64,000 nt of DNA, taken from positions 35,016,251 through 35,080,250 of the forward strand of contig JASCQW010000139.1 of NCBI GenBank assembly GCA_030264375.1, given 5' to 3'. Position numbers and translations under genes: made by a program. Below the pieces are notes generated by a model, which was not told the DNA's origin, ran no database searches, and saw only the letters and a list, made by a program, of their open reading frames with translations. Of the stretch, positions 53,162-64,000 are shown piece by piece; position 1 is the stretch's first letter, and each line of letters opens with the position of its first letter. The DNA comes from Carcharhinus longimanus (lineage: Eukaryota).

Positions 53162-53260
53162 GTTTATTTGTGACACCCAAAAAGAGCTCGAAGAGCTCAT
53201 GAACTGTCTTCATCCACAAGGTGTCCGAGAGAGTGCACTTAAAGAGCGCGTTCAGAAAAA
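53162..53260 (+). CDS. BAZ1B: BAZ1B exon 9 (WHIM3-like region)
   Basis: cacag| FICDTQKELEELMNCLHPQGVRESALKERVQK(K) |gtaagt; 99 nt. Confidence 0.97.
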
Positions 53261-54479
53261 GTAAGTCTTCAGTGTTCACACACCTGGTTAATTGAGGGAT
53301 AGGCATAATTCCCTCATTAGGCCACAATCGAACTGTGCATACATTTATGTACTTTCTTCAAATTGACATTGCTGATTTACCTAGCTGAAATTATAAACTA
53401 TACTACTTATTGCTGCGTTTCTTTTAATGTAATGTACAGAGGAAATGAAAAACCTAAATTGAAAAAATGAAACCTTTTTAACGGAGATACTACTAGCATC
53501 ACTGTTCTCCTTGGAATCTCTTGCGTTCCTGACTGTAGTTATTGAAAGTCTTCTATTGAAGACACACTACTAATACTAGCTTATGATTCAATGATGTCAA
53601 GCAGCTTTGAATATCCCACCTATGTAGCTGTTCTTCATTTGATAGCAGCAGTCTGTTTGACCAAGGAAAGACATTCATACCAGCTGGGTGCACTCCTCCT
53701 TTGTCCATTTGCAGTTTCTGCTGGTTCTGAGTGGGTGGGGAGGGAAATTGTAGTTCATTTTTGCACCCAGATTTCTTTTGATTTGGAGCAGTTACGGTCA
53801 ATTTTACTACTCTGGCTGATATTGGGTAATTGGACACAGATCTGGAATCACATATGGAGCCTTNNNNNNNNNNNNNNNNNNNNNNNNNNNNNNNNNNNNN
53901 NNNNNNNNNNNNNNNNNNNNGTTGGCTCGTACCATTAACTAGCAAGTTTAAGCTTAAACTACTGTGGTATTGCATTACTGTAACTACTGAATACAGGGCT
54001 ATCATTAAATACATACCTTCAGTGGATTTACAGTATTTTGTCTATGTAAAGTATGTGCTACTATTTGTTCTCAAGATCTTGTTTCCGTCATCAGCCACCT
54101 CAGGCTTTTATTGAAAAGCTTGAGTAAGATCAGTATTTAAAGAAAAGCTTGACCTTGATGTAATGTTAATGAAAAATATTCTCGCGCCATGCACCGTAAC
54201 TCAATATTTCAGCTGTGTAATCTTAGTGACCAGCATCTTTAAAGATGCAGTGTTTGATATAGTACACAGTTCATTATAAAATTTCTCCACTGCCATTGTT
54301 TGTTATAAGGTCCAATTATATTTTATGCCTTCTCTTCACTGGATTGGTCTGGGCCTTCAACCACCATACTCAGTTTCTGACATGTTGACCCTGGTTTAAA
54401 CAGTTGAATTCAGTAGGGTTTAGTTTGTGGGGAGGTCAATAATATATTTTAGTTTTCCACACAAATTATTTAACGCATT

Positions 54480-55102
54480 TGGGGCGGCTGTGGCATAGTG
54501 TTATTGTCACTGGATTTGTAATCAGAGACCCAGAGTAATGCTATGGATTCAAATCCCACCATGACAGGTGGTAAAATTTGAATTCAATAAAATTTGGAAC
54601 TAAAAGTTTAATGATGATCATGGAACCATTTTAGTTTGATGTAAAATTCCATCTGATTCACTAATCTCCTCCAGAGAAGGAAATCTGTCATTCTTACCTG
54701 GTCTGGCCTCCAGATGTGACTCCAGATCCACAATAATGTGATTGACTCTCAAATGGCCTAGCAAGTTACTTGGTTGTATCAAGCCTAAAAGGAACGAAGC
54801 TGGATGAACTATGTGCCATTAACTTCGACACTGGAAACAATACAAACTCAGCCTGATCGACTTTGCAGATCTCTCCTTACTGACATCTGGGTGCTTGTAC
54901 CAAAATTTGGAGAACTGTCCAACAGACCAGTCAAGCAACAGCCTGATGCAGTCATATTCACAGAATCATATCTTATTTACAGTGCCCCAGACATCACCAT
55001 CTCTGTCCCACTGGTAGGACTGACCGAGCAATGGTGTACAGGCAAGAGGAAGTTGTCCTGGGAGTCCTCAACGTCAGCTCTGCACCTCATGGAGTGTCAT
55101 GG

Positions 55103-55158
<56 letters not shown>

Positions 55159-57345
55159 CCCCCCCCCCCCCCCCCCNNNNNNNNNNNNNNNNNNNNNNNN
55201 NNNNNNNNNNNNNNNNNNNNNNNNNNNNNNNNNNNNNNNNNNNNNNNNNNNNNNNNNNNNNNNNNNNNNNNNNNNNNNNNNNNNNNNNNNNNNNNNNNNN
55301 NNNNNNNNNNNNNNNNNNNNNNNNNNNNNNNNNNNNNNNNNNNNNNNNNNNNNNNNNNNNNNNNNNNNNNNNNNNNNNNNNNNNNNNNNNNNNNNNNNNN
55401 NNNNNNNNNNNNNNNNNNNNNNNNNNNNNNNNNNNNNNNNNNNNNNNNNNNNNNNNNNNNNNNNNNNNNNNNNNNNNNNNNNNNNNNNNNNNNNNNNNNN
55501 NNNNNNNNNNNNNNNNNNNNNNNNNNNNNNNNNNNNNNNNNTAGGAGGGCATGCAGGAACAGCACCAGACATACCTAAAAATGAGGTGTCAACCTGGTGA
55601 AGCTACAACACAGGACTACATGTGTGCAAAACAGCTTAAGCAGCAAGTGATAAAGCCAAGTGATTTCCCAACCAATGGATCAGATCTAAGCTCTGCAGTT
55701 CTGCTGCATCCAATTGTTAATAGAGGTAAATAATTAACTCACCGGAGAAGGACTCCATAAATATCCCCATCCTCAATGGTGGGGAAGCCAAGCACTTCAG
55801 TGTAAAAGATGAGGCTGAAATATTTACAACAATCTTCAGCCAGAAATGTTGAGTGAATGATTTACCTCTGCCTCACTGGATAATGCAAAGGCTATGGGGA
55901 GCCTGACAATATTCCAGCAATACTACTTCTGTTCAAGAACTTGCTGCACCCCTAGCCAAGCTCTTCCAGTATATCTACAACACTGGCATCTACCTGACAA
56001 TGCAGAAAATTACCTAGGTATGTTCTGATTGGACAAAACTAGACAAATGCAACCTGGCAAATTATTGTCCCATCAATCTGCACTTGATCATCATTAAAGT
56101 GATAGAAAGTGTCATCAACAGTGTTCTCAGGTGGCATATACTGAGCACTAACCTGCTCAGTTTGGATTCTGCTAGGGCCACTCAGCTCCTGGCCTCATTA
56201 CAGTCTTCTTTCAAACATGGACAAAACAGTTGAACTCCAGAGGTGAGGAGAGAGCAACTGGCCTTGACATCGAGGCAATATTTGACCAGGTACGGTATCA
56301 AGGAGCCCTAGCAAAACTGGAGTCCATGGGAATCAGGAAGAAAAATTTCCGCTGGTCATACCTGGCACATAGGAGGATGGTTGTGGTTGTTGGAGGCTGA
56401 TCATCTTAGTTCTAGGGCATCACTGTGGGCATACCTCACGGAAGTGTCATAGGCCCAATCATCTTCAGCTGCTACATCCATGAAATTTCTTCTATCATAA
56501 GGTCAGAAGTGAGGATGTTCACTGTCGACAGCTCAATGTTCAGTACCATTTGCAACTGAAGTGCTTGGCTCCCCCATTATTGAGGATGGGGATATTTATG
56601 GAGCTTCCTCCTCCAGTGAGTTATTTAATTATCTATCTCTATTAACAATCGGATGCAGCTGAACTTAGATCTGATCCATCGGTTGGGAAATCACCTGGCT
56701 TTATCACTTGGTGCTTAAACTGTTTTGCACACACGTAGTCCTGTATTGTAGCTTCACCAGTTGACACCTCATTTTTAGGTGTGTCTGTTGCTGCTCCTGG
56801 CATGTGCTCCTCTATTCTTCACTGAACCAAGGTTGATCTTGGTGACAATAGTAAGCTGTAGGATATGCCAGGCCATGAGGATTGTGGTCGAATACAATTC
56901 TACTACTGCTGATAGCCCACAGCGTCTCATGGTCGCCCAGTCTAGTATTGCAAAATCTGTTTGAAGTCTATCCAATTTAGTGCAGGTACTGAAGCAGTCC
57001 ATGTCCAAATGCAGCAAGTCCTGGATAATATCCAGCTGACAAGTAACATGTATGCAACACAAGTGCCAGGCAATGACTACCTTTTACAAAAGTGAATCCA
57101 ACCATCGCCCTATGAAATTCATTGCATTAACATTGCTGAATCTCCCACCAACATTTGGGGAAATTGAGCTGGACCAGCCATATAAGTATATTGGCTACAA
57201 GAAAAGATCAGAGGCTAGGAATTCTGCAGTGAGTGACTTGCCTCTTGACTCCCTAAAGTCTGTCCACCATCCACATGGCACAAGTCAGGAATGTAATAGG
57301 ATGTTCTCCATTTGCCTGGGTGAGTGCAGTTTCAACAACACTCCA
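54480..57345 (+). mobile_element. CR1-clade LINE with a tRNA-like 5' head, degraded, containing an inverted internal segment (56555-56980)
   Basis: Head ggcggctgtggcatagtg...ggattcaaatcccacc; endonuclease start VKQQPDAVIFTESYL; RT-like NYCPINL, LDIEAIFDQV, GIPHGSVIGPIIFSCYI. Confidence 0.8.
55105..55176. repeat. (TC)n microsatellite followed by poly-C at a gap edge
   Basis: Direct inspection. Confidence 0.95.
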
Positions 57346-58301
57346 ACATCATTTTGCTTTTATCTGCTAAAGAATTTGAAATGAGATGATGAGCTGATGG
57401 CTGGTTTTAAGTATATTGTCCCGATGAAGTCTGCACCATGTGAGCTCAGGAAAGCCTAGGTCCAATCCTTAGTCAATGCTGAGAAAGCTGACCTCATTTG
57501 GGGAATTGTCGTTGAAGCTCTGGGTTGTGCAATGGAAATATAAGTTGCTTCCTGCACCTGGTGACTAATGGATTCTTGCTGAAGGAAACTTATGTATGCA
57601 AATCAGGTGAGTACAGAAATAGGATCAGCTCTGTTCTTTGACCTGTGGTCACATTACTTTTTGGTGTGATGGGTGATTGATCAATCAATCAAATTATATT
57701 ATTTCTAAGTTCAATTAATTACTTATTGTTGGAGTGGAGGGGCACTGAAGTATTCAAAGTTGTTTGACAATTGCTGCTTTTCACTTTTGAGGAAACTAGC
57801 TTCGGAATTGGGTTTCACGAAGTCAGATGCTTTTTATTACTTTGTAAAATGGCCACTCTTAAGTCTACTTATTGAATACTCTTGGTTATTTGATTAATTT
57901 GGAGTGGAGGGGGAATGGGCTCAGGTTGTCATGGCTGAGTCCAATTCTGTTCTTGTCTGTAGGCCAAAGCAAGTCACAATTTCAAACTGGGCAAGAGCAC
58001 CATCAGTATAATTTTGCTCCTGTTCATCGTAAAAGGAGTTCTGAGAACACACCGGTCCTCCTATGATTAGCTGCAGTGACTACAATCCATTACTGTAGAA
58101 AATAAGCTCATATTGCCTCCAAACGTCAACTGTATGCGCTCATTTTGAGCTTAGAACGTGAATCTTTGTCAGCTTGAAATATGTTGACTCAAAGCTTCTG
58201 TTGATCTGGGAGTTGGTCTGGTTTATATAGTCTTGGAAGATATAGTCTTTGGCTGAATCAAGAGTTGTTGCAATTTTTAAAGTGGCAAATTCTATTTATA
58301 G

Positions 58302-58479
58302 GTTTCAAGATATCCTTCATTCACTTCACCTGGCACGGAAACCAAATCTTGGCCTCAAGACCTGTGATGGCCATCAGGAGCTCCTCAACTACTTGCGAAC
58401 TGACCTGATTGAAGTGGCAACACGACTGCAAAAGGGAGGACTGGGGTACATGGACAAATGTGATGAGTTTGAAGAGAGA
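58302..58479 (+). CDS. BAZ1B: BAZ1B exon 10
   Basis: tatag| FQDILHSLHLARKPNLGLKTCDGHQELLNYLRTDLIEVATRLQKGGLGYMDKCDEFEER |gtgagt; 178 nt. Confidence 0.97.
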
Positions 58480-58899
58480 GTGAGTAACCATACAGACTTG
58501 CTGCTGTCTTTAGTAAAGAGGTGCTTGTATGGCCACCAGCTGTATTATACAGAAGACGTTAGCACAATGTCTCTTTGTTAACAGTCAGTCAGACTCCAAG
58601 ATTTGGTTCCCAGCAAATCAGCACTAATAAAATCAGTGTTTCCTTTTCCAGTTTAATGTTAGAATGACGCTTTGGCTCAAGACCAGTTGTTTTTTTTTTG
58701 TTGTCTCACTGAAAGGGGACAGTAAAACTTGTGGGTCCCAGCCCAGCAAAGTATAGCTGTTCCAAACCACTGTTGAGACAAATTTAGATTTGCACATTTC
58801 CTGAGAACACATCAAGCTTTAAAAGAACAACTTGTATTTATGTTATAAAAATGTTTTTCTCAGCTGAGGTTATATATTCTTGTTCAGCCTCCACTATCC

Positions 58900-60340
58900 T
58901 CCAAATATAAAGTCAGAGTCAATATTTAATTAATAACTAGGAAGAGTAAGAATTATACAGGATGGAATTAGAAAAAGTTAATGCAGAAGGGAAAGAGAAA
59001 AGAGTAGCAAGCAAAATTAAATTGAGTCCTAAAACCTTTTATAAACGTATAAAGTGTTAGTAGTTACCTAGGAAGCTGGGCTTATTTAATACCTTATTAA
59101 AATTCTCATGTAGAGACAGAGCACATTGCAAAAGTAAATTGCACATTGCAAAGCTCCTTAGATGGCATCTTCCAAACCAGTGACCTCTACCATCTAGGAA
59201 GATGGGGGCAGCAGGCACATGGGAACACCACCAGCTGCTACATCCCCTTCAAGCCACACCATCTGACTTGGGGCTATGTTACTATTCCTTCACTATCACT
59301 GGGTCAAAAGCTTGGAACACTCTGGATGTACCTACACCACTTGGACTGCCCACCACCACCACCTCGAGGGCATTGGGATGGGCAATATAATTGCTGGTCT
59401 AGCCAGGAACTCATGTCTTGAGAAGGATTCTTCTTTAAACAAAACCTTCACAGAGGAAGTGGGTGATGTGAAGATTATGCTAAAAGAGGAGAGGGATATT
59501 CTGGACAGTTAGAGATGGAGAAAATTTTCTAAAAAGATTTTCTACAAGTTGCTAAATTTCCTACTCCAAATGAAATGAATTCTAGGTTTCTGAAAGGAGC
59601 AAAGATAGAAATAGCAGAGACATTGGGCACAATCTTTCAATCTTATTGGATGCAAGAGTCATGCCAGAGTACTAGAGGGTGGACCCATTAGCCTCATGTA
59701 AGTAGTGGGGAGGTTATTGGACATCATTAAACTTGTATTTGGAAAGGTATGGATGACATGGACAGCAGCATGGCAGATGGAGTTTGATGCAGAGAACTGT
59801 AAAGGGAAGCACTTTGAAGGACTAATATCGAAAGATCATATACTGTAAATGGCATAATTTTGAAAAGTTTATCAGAGATATTAGCGCCTATTTACACTAA
59901 TCCTTGAAAATTGGCAGATCAAATTGATAGCTTAAACAAAATCAAATGGATTACTTGTATTGTATTCTTCTATTTATGAACCCCAAGCAAAAGTAATCAT
60001 TGTATAACTTTATAAATCTTTATACAGTAAAAGTATTGTAGGCAATTTGGACCTCATTTCATGAAAGGTGTAAAGGCCTTTAAAAAAAGGGCATGGAGGA
60101 GGCTTGCCATGATGCTGCCAAGAATTAGGTTAAGGAGAGGTTGTAAAGGTTAGGTTGCTTAACTGGACATAGCAAAGATTTTTATGAAGAGGAAAATGTT
60201 ATTACCTCTGGTTAGCTGGTCAATAACTAGAAGTCATAGATTTAAAATCATGACTAAAAGATCTAATGGGAATATGAGAATTTTTTTCACCAAGTTGTTG
60301 GGATCTGGAATGCTTTACTTATAAAGGTAATGGGGTCTGT
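58900..60340 (+). mobile_element. Very old CR1 LINE remnants, interrupted by another LINE 3' fragment (about 59150-59410)
   Basis: Decayed NPKTFYK..., EIAETLGTIFQS, WQMEF.AENC and TRSHRFK-like segments in collinear order. Confidence 0.65.
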
Positions 60341-60351
60341 TTCCATACGTG

Positions 60352-60614
60352 TTATTTCTGCAATGCAGAAAGAGGCCATCTGGCCCATCAAGTCTGCACC
60401 AATTCTCCTAAAAAAAATTCCCACCCCGGTCTTCCCCCTCTGCCCTATCCCCATAACAGTTCGCACTTAGCATAGTTAATCCACCCTTTGGACTGCGGAA
60501 GAAACCGGAGCACCCAAAGGAAAGAATGTGCAAAGTCCACATAGTCACCCAAGGCCAAAATTGAACCCCGGTCCCGGGTGTTAGAGGCAGCAGTGCTAAC
60601 CACTGTGCCACCAT
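60352..60614 (-). mobile_element. tRNA-derived SINE (HE1-like)
   Basis: Minus strand GGTGGCACAGTGGTTAGCACTGCTGCCTC...GGGTTCAATTTTGGCCTTGGGTGAC; same family as 45928-46262. Confidence 0.88.
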
Positions 60615-60617
60615 GAG

Positions 60618-61028
60618 TAGTTTGGGCCTTACTCACCGGAGTTTAAAAGGATCAGAGGCAACCTTATTGATTCATGTAGGATTCTCAGGGTAGATGCTGA
60701 GAGGTTATTTCCCCTTGTGGGTGAGTCTGGGATCAAAGGGCATAACCTGAGTAAGGGGTTGTCATTTTAAGACAGAGATGAGGAGGAATTTCTTCTGGCA
60801 GATGATAGTGAATCTGTGGAATTCTTAACCACAGAGCTATAGAAGCTGGGTCATTGAGTATATTCAAGGCTGAGATTGTGAGATGAAAGGTTTTTAATCA
60901 GCAAGGTAATCAAGGGTGTATGGGGATAAAGTGGAGGTGAGGACAATTATCAGATCAGTTGTGATCTCATTGAATAGTGGACCAAATCTGATGGGCCATA
61001 TGGCCTTTTGTTCCTACATATTATGGCC
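60618..61028 (+). mobile_element. CR1 LINE 3' fragment
   Basis: ttaagacagagatgaggaggaatttcttc...gtgaatctgtggaattc; 3' UTR similar to 29750-30000. Confidence 0.8.
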
Positions 61029-61090
61029 TGTCTTGACCTGTTGTTAGAAGAATCACTGCTGGCTGATCATCTGCTTTTACACTCTGCCAG

Positions 61091-61267
61091 GTACGCTCAC
61101 TGGATAGTCTGAAGGATTTGGGTGAGTGTGTGATCACACTGCAGGAATGTATAATAAAGAAATTCCTGCAAGGTTTTATGGCCCCCAAGCAAAAGAAGAA
61201 GAAGGCAGGAGAGTAAACAAAAGTAGAGGAAATAGATGAGGAGAAAAAAATGGCTGAAGAGGCTAAG
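61091..61267 (+). CDS. BAZ1B: BAZ1B exon 11 (contains an in-frame TAA at 61214-61216)
   Basis: gccag| VRSLDSLKDLGECVITLQECIIKKFLQGFMAPKQKKKKAGE*TKVEEIDEEKKMAEEAK |gtaagt; 177 nt, phase 0-0. Homology to human continues after the stop. Confidence 0.92.
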
Positions 61268-63434
61268 GTAAGTTCTGGAATTTCATCCTAATAGCTGATG
61301 GTTTTATTAAAGTATAGCTGGACTGAGCATTATATTGAACTGAAGTCCAACAGAAATGGCAATGTGCTTTGCCTGCAACACTGGAAACTGCATTTTGCCC
61401 CCTTCAGTCCACCACCAGGGCCTTGTCTTCAGCTATCCGGGCCCTATACTCTGGATTTCTTTCCCTAATCCTCTCTTTTGATGCTACTGTCTTTCCCTTT
61501 ACACTTATTGGTCCAAGCTTTTGGTCATCAGGCCTAATGTCTCTTTTGACTGTCAGTTTTCAATTATTACAATCCTGTTAATCACCTTGGGATGCTTTAC
61601 TGCATTAAAGGCACTGAAAAATTACAAGTTGTTTGCTTTTAATATAACCCACCACTCAATGGCAAAATATAAAAGCAGTTCATTGGAGTGCAGCCTTGTT
61701 TCGTTTAACTGTGCCAAAACAATAAAGGGAAAATTACGTTTAAACCAAGCCATTCTAATATTGAATGATAAGCTGCCTGTCAGTGTCTGTCTTTGCCTCA
61801 CATTATTCCCACTACCACTGATTCTAATTTGAAAATGTTTTTTCCAGTTTTGGGGAAAGATGTATTGTGCATTCTATGAAAATTTCACATTCTCCCTTAA
61901 AATTTGCTGAAATCAGTGCAAATGTTGTATTACTCGCTGTTAAGTTCATCTATATGAGATGGAGTGATGGGTACAAAACTGACTTATTTGATATGTGGTT
62001 GAATACAGCTGTATTGCACTGTGTGGAAGGGAACAACAGGGGGCAGTATGGGTTAGTGTAACTCAACATGATAGTAATTTACTTGTAGTTTTGGAGAGGG
62101 GTAATGTTTGAGAACAGGCAGTAATTGATTACTCCCTTTTGTGAAGTAGGTTATTATGCTGCTAGTTTTTACTTAAAACATGAGGCTTGTTCAATTGCTG
62201 AATAAACACATTGATTTAATCTAGCCCTGTGTAGTAAGTATTGATTGTTATTATCTACTTGTCTAGCCAGTGGCAGCAAGAACAGATAGTTGGATTCAGT
62301 TTACAGTCAGGGGAAACTCTCATACTTTGGAGAGTAGCAGATAGCCAGGAGTGATTCAGTGTTAACTGCTGGTCTCAAATGTTTTGTTTCTTTTTCTTCT
62401 CAATGCAGATTTAGGAGTCAACTTTTCAATTAGTATTTACATTTAAATAAAACTCTCTGATTTTTAAATACAACTAATAACTGTTCCAATGACTTGCATG
62501 TTTTAATAAGACACTTTAGTAGTTCACTTTGTAAGCCAATATGTCATTGAGTTTGCAGACCAGAAGGTGTGAGGTTCAATTTGCCAATTCATGTTCTGTT
62601 CACTGCCTGCTGTAGCATGGCGAAATGGCTGATTGGCCTTCTGCACCTGAGCTAGGGAGGAGACCGTCATTTGAAACCTGCTATCTGTTGGCCTAGCTAG
62701 GAAGTGCTTAGCTAATAAAAGTATAATTGGAATTCGTGACTCCCGAGGTAGAGGAGTTCACTGTCCAGGCGTAAAGTTGAATATTAGCTGCTTGTGCTTT
62801 GTGGAATTGGTTGTAGAAATGACAACCTGCTTTGGAGGAATCTGTGATTGTAATTTCCAAATGTTTTTATTTATATCAGGTTAATGGTGAAAACAATGCC
62901 GAAAGGGAAGATTTCAGTACAACGTATTCCATTTCTGCAGCTCTTAAATGCACCTGATTTTGAGGTGTTCACATTTCTCCCTAGCTATATGAAGACTTCA
63001 CCATTGTGATTAAAATGATTGGCCCACTTTCGGGTGTTTCATTCTCTTCAAATGTAGAAAACATTTGATAAGATGAGGCTAGATATAAGATTAAACTGCT
63101 TTATTTCACAGCGAATCACCGTAAAGTAAAGGCTGTTGAATTTGCTTACAGAGTAGCCTGTATTTTTGTAGCAATACTAAATGATAAGTATGCTATGCTT
63201 CTCCACGTCAACAGACTTAACTTAAACAAGGTAACTTCCATCTATTCTTTAGCTTCTTCCTGAAATAGGCCAAGCTTGCCTTGTAGCATTCTGTTTGAAG
63301 ATTTAACTGATTTTGTAAGCTTTGCTGACTGCCTGTGGCTCTGTTTTATTTATCATTTGCATACAGAAAGGACTAGAGACTCTTCTTAGTTCTAAACTTT
63401 CTTGTTTAATTTTATCTTGACTAACTTGTCACAG

Positions 63435-63582
63435 GTTGCTTCTGCCCTGGAGCTATGGAAATGTGCCATCCAAGAGGCACAGACCTTTTCTCGTATGCAT
63501 GTGTTGCTGGGAATGTTGGACGCCTGTATCAAATGGGACATGTCGACTGAAAATGCCCGGTGTAAAGTGTGCCGTAAGAAGG
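63435..63582 (+). CDS. BAZ1B: BAZ1B exon 12 (start of PHD finger); gene continues beyond the window
   Basis: cacag| VASALELWKCAIQEAQTFSRMHVLLGMLDACIKWDMSTENARCKVCRKK G|gtaagc; 148 nt. Confidence 0.97.
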
Positions 63583-64000
63583 GTAAGCACTGCAGCTACT
63601 GGACTGTCCTCCACAAATTGATTTTTAAATTCTAATTGTTGGGAACCAGCCAATAGGAAATAGATGTGTTTGCCTAGACGTTTCCACAAATATAGATTAA
63701 TAAGACTCAAACTTGTTTTTGAAGAGGGAACCCTAGCTTAATAATGTGGTCTTAAGATTAAATATAAATATATTTTTAGGATATATTGTAGGAAAATGTA
63801 AAAGCCAACAAGGAAATGCTTGTTGGCTTCTCAAATAATTACAGTATATTTCTAAATAATGTTGCTAACAGATGTAGAGGAAGATTTTCAACAAGCAATA
63901 TTGCCTGCCCTTATCAGGTGCTGACAAACCAAGTGCTATATTTGCATATTGTCTTATTCCAAGAACACCTCACAAACACAATACTGTTCATCTTCATCTA

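Noticed and set aside
54804-55600. Long ORFs with SLSL/ERER and poly-P/G tracts
   Set aside because: Produced by the (TC)n microsatellite, poly-C and the N gap.
45928-60614. tRNA-like A/B boxes at about 46200-46260, 54480-54560 and 60560-60614 as tRNA genes
   Set aside because: They are heads of SINE/LINE elements followed by repeat bodies, with no intact cloverleaf.
22894-63582. Calling BAZ1B a pseudogene because of the TAA and the fused exon
   Set aside because: The promoter, all splice sites and all phases are intact and the protein is highly conserved; only one lesion is visible.
1-64000. CRISPR arrays, operons or prokaryotic defence systems
   Set aside because: The sequence is clearly vertebrate with spliceosomal introns; no regularly spaced repeat-spacer array was seen.

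Overview
Eukaryotic (vertebrate) genomic DNA from a gapped draft assembly. It is most likely a shark or other chondrichthyan, inferred from HE1-like tRNA-derived SINEs, dense CR1/L2 LINE debris and shark-type hairpin repeats. Two protein-coding genes lie head-to-tail on the + strand. The first is the last four coding exons of MKS1 (143-5894). The second is the first twelve coding exons of BAZ1B/WSTF (ATG 22894, continuing past the window end), which has a CpG-island/CCAAT promoter. All exon phases join correctly. The rest is mostly mobile-element debris: an antisense, env-less degenerate endogenous retrovirus with a tRNA-Ser PBS in BAZ1B intron 2, a second retroviral gag remnant, a Gmr1-like Gypsy remnant, LINEs, SINEs and MITE-like elements. 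The most notable observations are an in-frame TAA inside an otherwise conserved, frame-symmetric BAZ1B exon; a 10-kb U12-type first intron; a 2.1-kb exon that appears to fuse three human exons; a twin hairpin with unrelated stems but near-identical 11-nt loops (13828-13957); and a local inverted duplication inside a LINE. I see no evidence for a wholly new multi-gene system. Gene identities and human comparisons come from recalled protein sequences, not from database searches.
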